From NCBI GenBank assembly GCA_030390025.1, contig CM059432.1, positions 10,540,001-10,604,000 on the forward strand: DNA of 64,000 nt. Direction: 5' to 3'. The position numbers were made by a program, and so were the translations under genes. The notes beneath the pieces were generated by a model. That model worked only from the letters and a program-made list of their open reading frames with translations, made no database searches and was not told the DNA's origin. The DNA is from Squalus acanthias (Eukaryota). Within the stretch, counting starts at the first letter, position 1, and each line of letters starts with the position of its first letter. Below are positions 62,455 through 64,000 of the stretch, piece by piece.

Positions 62455-63810
62455 AAAAATGGGGAGGCAGGTAAACCAGGCAAATACAGGACAGTCAACC
62501 TAACGTTGGTGGTGGGGAAACTTCTCGAGACAATAATCCGAGACAAGATTAATTATCATTTGGAAGAACATGGGTTAATAAACGACAGCCGCCATGGATT
62601 TGCTAAAGGCAAATCGTGTCCGATAAACTTGATTGAGTTCTTCAATGAAGTAAGGGAGAGGGCTGATGAAGGTTGATGTTGTATATATGGATTTTCAGAA
62701 GGTGTTTGATAAAGTGTCACATCATAGACTTGTTAGCGAAATTGAAGCCCATGGGATTAAAGGGGCAGTGGCAGCGTGGATACAAAGTTGACTAAGAGAC
62801 AGAAAGCAGAGAGTTGAGGTAAACGGTTGTTTATCAGACTGGAGGGAAGTGTAGAGTGGTGTCCTACAGGGGTCGGTATTAGGAACACTGCACTTTTTGA
62901 GATATATTAATGACCTGGATTTGGGTATTCAGGGCATAACTTCAAAGTTTGCAGATGACACAAAGCTTGGAAATGTATTAAACAGTGCGGAGGCTGGTAG
63001 CAGATTCCAGGAGGACATAGACAGACTGGTGAAATGGGCAGACACATGGCAAATTAAATTTAATGCAGAGAAGTGTGAAGTGATGCATTTTGGAAGGAAA
63101 GATGAGGAGAGGCAATATAAATTAAATGATACAATTTTAAAAGGGGTGCAGGAACAGAGAGGCCAGGGGGTTCACATTCACAAATCTTTGTAGGTTGTGG
63201 GATCCTTGGCTTTATCAATAGAGGCATGGAGTACAAAAGCAAGGAAATTATGGCAAATCTTTCTAAATCACTGGTTAGGACCCAGTTAGAGTACTGTCTC
63301 CAATTCTGGGCATCTCACTTTAGGAAGGATGTCAAGGCCTTGGAGAGGGTGCAGAGGAGATTTACCGGAATGGTACCAGGGATGAGGGTCTTCAGTTATG
63401 TGGAGAGACTGGAGAAGCTGGGATTGTTCTCCTTAGAGCAGAGACGGTTAAGGGGAGATTTAATAGAGGTGTTCAACATTATGAAGGTCTTTTATAGATG
63501 GATAGGGAGAAACTGTTTCCACCGGACAAAGGACACAGATTTAAGATAATTAGCAAAAAAGCCAGAGGGGAGATGAGGAGAAATTTCTTTACGCAAGAAG
63601 TTGTTATGATTGGGAATGCACTGCCTGAAAGGGTGGTGGAAGCAAATCAATTATAACTTTCTAAAGGGAATTGAATATATACTTGAAAAGGAGATATTTT
63701 CAGGGCTGTGGGGAAAGAGCAGGGGCGTCGGACTAATTCGATAGCTCTTCAAAGAGCCGGCACAAATACAGTAGGCTGAAAGACTTCCTTCTGTGCTGTA
63801 TCATTCTATG
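62455..63810 (+). mobile_element. CR1 LINE decayed fragment
   Basis: RT motifs FADDTK and LEYCLQFW, plus a CR1 tail. Confidence 0.85.
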
Positions 63811-64000
63811 TTTAACTCTCTCTGATCAGGGTTTCTGATAATGAGAGGCCTGCAGCTATGCTCCAATTTCTTCCACAACTTTCTGGGACAAGGCCCAGCC
63901 AATGAATGAACCATACAAATGGTTCAGGGCAAGATAATCATGTGCGCCCACCCTCTGACAGGCATCCAATGATGCTCACCAATAGAGGAAAATTTGCCTT

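Noticed and set aside
55988..64000. MC5R, the usual neighbour of MC2R
   Set aside because: No second GPCR ORF is present in the window. If it is linked, it lies outside.

Overview
Eukaryotic, vertebrate DNA. The repeat content (HER1-like CR1 LINEs, V-domain and Deu-domain SINEs) and the receptor sequence point to a shark or other cartilaginous fish. The only host protein-coding gene I can support is an intronless melanocortin-2 (ACTH) receptor CDS, mc2r (54959-55987, +), with a likely splice acceptor 149 nt upstream. Most of the rest is nested transposable-element debris: many CR1 and L2 LINE fragments, RTE, Tx1 and Vingi-like fragments, tRNA-derived SINEs, two solo LTRs with target-site duplications (TSDs), Harbinger-like non-autonomous DNA elements with 3-bp TSDs, and a minisatellite. 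The most striking structure is a set of Penelope-like element (PLE) insertions from two families. Each carries a minimal type-I hammerhead ribozyme motif, usually in inverted terminal repeats, and the helices covary between copies. They range from a 2.56-kb copy with an open RT frame and a broken GIY-YIG domain down to a ~0.22-kb TSD-flanked perfect hairpin with a ribozyme motif on each strand. Two insertions have their empty target sites preserved in paralogous copies inside the window. Repeat family names come from recognising motifs by eye, not from database searches. Many repeat boundaries are approximate (about +/-20 nt) unless a TSD fixes them.
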